Shown piece by piece: positions 58,141 through 64,000 of a stretch of DNA of 64,000 nt (its first letter is position 1; every line of letters starts with the position of its first letter). Both the position numbers and the translations under genes were made by a program. The stretch lies in the NCBI RefSeq assembly GCF_009914755.1, contig NC_060926.1. One strand, given 5' to 3'. Source of the stretch: the human T2T-CHM13v2.0 reference genome, Homo sapiens. The notes under the pieces were generated by a model. That model was not told the origin of the DNA. It saw only the letters and a list, made by a program, of their open reading frames with translations, and did not search any database.

Positions 58141-59699
58141 ATGCAATATGTTTATGAAGTCTTTATAATTCATCCTTAAAAGAATATACTACGTTATATA
58201 TGTTTTACTACAACAAAATAATATGCTTGATGAACATTTTTTCCAATGTTCGTGTTCCAATGTTCATGTTCCAATGTTTCCATTTTTTCCAATTCAACAA
58301 CTTAGACTTTTAACCATTCATAGCACTTGAAATTCCAGATATTAAAAAAATGTAACCATACGAACACTCTTTGGAGAATTTTTACTTTTTATAAGTACAA
58401 GTTCTGGAAAATAATCAACTATACTTTTAGTGGAGATTTTCCTTGTCAGTTATCTTTCCAACTGTAATTCAGTGGTCTCAGATAACCCTCACCTCCTTCA
58501 GCAGACCCACTATATAACCTCCTTAACCTTTTCTTAAAAGAAAAATTGCAAATGATGTTTTTCTTCTTGCTATTATTCATTCTTTGGCAGAAATTATTCC
58601 TAACCCATGCTTTCCCCATACTCCAACATAGTTTTGTAGCACTGACCTACTTGGATTCTTGCCCTTGGAACAGGAATCGATCATATTCCCTGGCCTGGGA
58701 GTATTTAAAGTAGTGTGTTTATTAGAATGTGCATTATTCTGCAATGCGGATTCACAGGATTTTCCAATGAGAGTCAATATATCATTTTGCCAGCAGGCAT
58801 TAAAATAGCAACCCTTCAAAGTCTTCCTTACATCCATGTTTTCAAGCTTTATCAAAAGGACAGTTGCTCAGAAAGTAAGATAAACTAACGCTTACATGAA
58901 ACTATTGGGAAAAGAGAGATAAGGCTCCTATTACTAATACTCACATCACAGGTAACTGAGATGGGAAAAGACCACAACATTTTTCATCTTATTTTGATCA
59001 TTTCCAAATGCATTTCTTTTAAACTGGATATCTCTGGGAAAACCACTCAGTCACTAAGGAAAAAAAAAGTGGATTCTAAGGAACACAGAGAGGTTTGCCT
59101 TAGATTATAAACTGTAGAGCCAAATGTGGAATAAGGCAGCTCACAGCTGTAAGGAAGAAAGCAAAGTCAGACATGGAAGTAATACTGTGGCAACCACAAA
59201 TGAGCGGAGTTGGATAATTCTAAAGCACGTTAACTATCCTAAAGTATAGTAAAATGCTTGGCATCTTTTAATTAACTATGCTTTTATGGCATACACAACA
59301 GAATAAGTTGCCAAGGGGCAAAAACTCTTTATAAATGAGAAACTGTGTTTCAAATTGATAGGTACTTGTTTTTCTTCCTGAGAGCAGAACCAGAATATGA
59401 AAGATCTGGGGCTGTAACGTTTCTTGCTGACACTTGCATGCAACAAGGCCTAAAATGAACATGTAATGGACTGGTTGTCTTGAAGAAGTTCCAGCAGTGT
59501 AGGGATATGAAAAACTAACAAGTATAATACCAACAAAGGTCCGTATTTTCTCAATTATAAAATCCAAATGCCTTCAAAAGTGGAAGTATTTTTATAACGC
59601 ATTTGGCAGCAAAGCCTGGTCTGACCTGAACGTCAAAGTAATTTAATAACTCTTTATAACTCATTTGGTACCAAAAACCTCACCTGATCAATGTAAGAA

Positions 59700-59907
59700 T
59701 ATTTAGTCTTTATCCCATTGAATGTGACCATTTATTTCATTGCAGAAATACTAATGTGTGATTATAGAGTAATGCCTCAGACACTGTTTTGAATGTTATA
59801 AAATATACTATATATATGTGAAATGTACTACCTTTCTAAAGTCTGAAAAATCCTGCATTCCAGCACAAATCTGTCCCAAGGGTTTTGGATAAGGGATTAC
59901 AGACCTG
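59700..59907. mobile_element. Old TcMar-Tigger fragment
   Basis: Terminal ttttggataagggattacagacctg. Confidence 0.45.
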
Positions 59908-59934
59908 CTACTGTTATTAATATTTACAGCTGAT

Positions 59935-60610
59935 CGTGTTAAAACATAAATCAGAATATGCCACTCTTCTGCTGCGTTCTCTCCAATGACTTCCTGTGTC
60001 TCTCAGAATAAAAGCCAAACTCTTTACAACTGCCTACAAAGACTGCTATTTAAAGAAGACCACAACAGTGGCATCATCTGGTAACTTGGAAATGCAGAAG
60101 TGCAGAACCCAACTCCCAACTACAAATCAGAATCTGCATTTTCACAAGACCAAGTCATGTGCACGCACACCAATTTTTCAGAAACACTGACCTACAAGAC
60201 CTTGGGTGACCTGTCCCCACTAAGCCCCCGAGTTCATCTACTTCACTTCCTCTCACTCACTCTTCTCCAGCCTCTTTGTTCCTCTGCCATTCATCAGACA
60301 TATAAGACACACTTCCACCTAGCTGTTTCTTCGGTCTAGAATCTTCCTGCCCAGGTGTCTCTATAGTTTGCTCCGTCACCTACTTCAGTTCTTGACTTAG
60401 TGAAGCCTTCCTTGTCATTTAAAAAGTTCAAAACCCCCTGACACTTCATACTCTTTTTTTTTTCTACTTAGTACTTCTTGCTATCTAAAATACTACATAT
60501 TTTATCAATTTTATATTGTTGTTTGTCTCTCTACACCAGAAGGTAAGCTCGATGAGGGCAGGATTTTTTTGTCATCTGTTGTCACACTGCTGTGTTCTTA
60601 CTGCCTAGAA
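59935..60610 (+). mobile_element. L2 with an embedded MER5-like fragment (about 60050-60190)
   Basis: ctcagaataaaagccaaactctttaca and taagctcgatgagggcagg (L2); aaatcagaatctgcattttcacaaga (MER5). Confidence 0.7.
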
Positions 60611-62288
<1,678 letters not shown>

Positions 62289-62319
62289 GCCTAAAACAAT
62301 AACTAGAACACAATAGTAA

Positions 62320-62540
62320 ATTATGTTGCACTGAACACTTACAATGTGCCAGTCTTTTGTTAAATGTTTTTATACTTATTTATGTCTCAAAACAATGTTA
62401 TAAGGTATTATTACTAGTACCATTTTATGCATGAGAAAACAAGTAATTGAGAGGGATCAAGGCACCTATTTAAAGTCACAAGGAGCAGAGCCAGTCCTTG
62501 AACCAAGATCATGTGCCTCCAGATCTCATACTCCTGACCA
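62320..62540 (-). mobile_element. MIR
   Basis: ctgaacacttacaatgtgccag...ccattttatgcatgagaaaac...cttgaaccaaga. Confidence 0.65.
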
Positions 62541-64000
62541 AAATTGATAGTATAATAAAGGAATGCTAAGTTAGAAACAAGGCAAACAGTGTCATCCTAG
62601 GTGACTACATCTAAAATTATCAAGGCAATAAGAAGAAGCCAAAATACAAAGCCAAATGAATTGGGGATTGAAGGGAGATAACCTAAGCAAGCTCATATGA
62701 GCAGGAGAAAGACCAGGTCACCTTCTCAGAGGCAGATGCAGATGCCTGAGGAAATACTTCAAGTGCAGTCCACAAGGGCCCGACAACTATCACTAGGCTA
62801 AACAATGAACAATAATAACCCTGAGGTATCTGGCTTCAAGCCCAGCTTCCAGGACAACAAGCTGGTATCCCTTATGGTCAGGTTCATTCACGATGCTATT
62901 AAAGTCTTCTCCTTGCTGCTACTGGTTTCCTTGTAGCTCAAGCTTGAGTATAACCTTCAATGAAATGTTTAGGATGTTCTCTGGTTCCCGTGTCCAAAAA
63001 GAGTTGTCATCTCACTCAAACCATCAAGTCCAAGAAATATCTTCTCTCTGACCCACGGCAGGGTGATATCCTGATGCTTCATCACTCCAATAAGCTTAGT
63101 GACAAGACAGGCACTTACTGTCTGCATCTCAAGAAGGAGTCCTGTAAGGTCAAGAACAGTAATCCCTAACCCAATTTCAAATTCCCCTAAGCTAAACATT
63201 CCTGCTAGAATATGCAGACAGACTTTCTAAAATCTTGGAATTTACACTTCCTGTAATATTTAGTCTATGAATCACTTTGTTGGGGATGATTAATAAATGA
63301 GTGATCTAGGATTGGGAAGAAAAAAAGAAGGTGAAGTGGGTGGCAGAGCAGTAGTCGTAGTTTGAGCTATGCAGCATTCAGACAATGGAAGTTGGAGCAA
63401 AGAAAGTAAAGTGAGATCTTGGAACTGTCCTCCTCACTCACTCTATTAGGAGGGAGGGAGGGTGGCCATAAAGTCAGGTTGATTCAGTGCCAAGGCTAAG
63501 CGTTATCACGTAAGGAATTATACTACATAACCTTATCAGAGAGAATGTTTAACAAATTCTGACTCAGCTATGCATAAGGAAGATCAGAAATAGAAAATAT
63601 AACCCCTTAGTATGCATAATATCTGCATCCACAGAAAAAGTGAATTAATAAACATATTCTCCAAATTTTAAATGAGGGAGATCCTGAAAAGTTCCTAATA
63701 TAATCACTGATATTCTCTTTTTCTAGTGTTCTATCCTCATTTTATATCAAATATAAAAAGAAAATTAAAGCTTTCATAGCTTTACTAGTGACCCAGGATC
63801 ACCCTAACACTATTTTTGCCTTGAACTCTTCAGTTGTTCAACCACAAATTCTTCCACACTGGGTCATCACAGTAAAAGTCTAAGAGTTAGAAAGAGAATG
63901 CTGGATAACAATGATTATGCTCTCTGGTATCTTCCACAGTTGAATGGGCTACTGTGCAATCTGCATGCCTCCTTCCTACTATAACCCATGCTTCAACATA

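Noticed and set aside
58241-58280. 14-nt-period repeat ttccaatgttc(g/a)tg; similar short repeats at 49799-49835 and 27179-27221
   Set aside because: Two to three copies without unique spacers; common micro-duplications.
58577-58855. 92-aa ORF in CHN1 sense in non-repetitive sequence
   Set aside because: TTG start, no recognisable domain and no convincing splice sites; length compatible with chance.

Overview
Human (primate) genomic DNA, AT-rich and dense in transposable elements, lying entirely inside the CHN1 gene (alpha2-chimaerin, a Rac-GAP), which is transcribed from the minus strand. Four short coding exons can be read directly, each with GT-AG boundaries: exon 2 (42919-42957, 39 nt), exon 3 (35644-35699, 56 nt), exon 4 (9290-9321, 32 nt) and exon 5 (5814-5927, 114 nt). 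They splice in frame to (D)[79 protein letters not shown](R), the N-terminal arm and first half of the SH2 domain. None of these exons is in the supplied ORF track, whose entries are repeat-derived or look like chance. The rest is intron: about 25 Alus, L1, L2 and MIR fragments, ERV1/ERVL/MaLR solo LTRs and hAT/Tigger DNA transposons. I found no evidence of a new multi-gene system. The best leads are two MER1A-derived candidate poison exons, a BC200-like retrocopy that was partly copied into an inverted-plus-direct templated insertion, a chimeric double Alu inside one TSD pair, a young AluYd8-like insertion, a tail-to-tail inverted Alu pair and a possible very old reverse-transcriptase fossil. 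Repeat subfamily names and exon numbers come from recalled consensus and gene models and need RepeatMasker/Dfam/GENCODE confirmation. Boundaries of old repeats are approximate.
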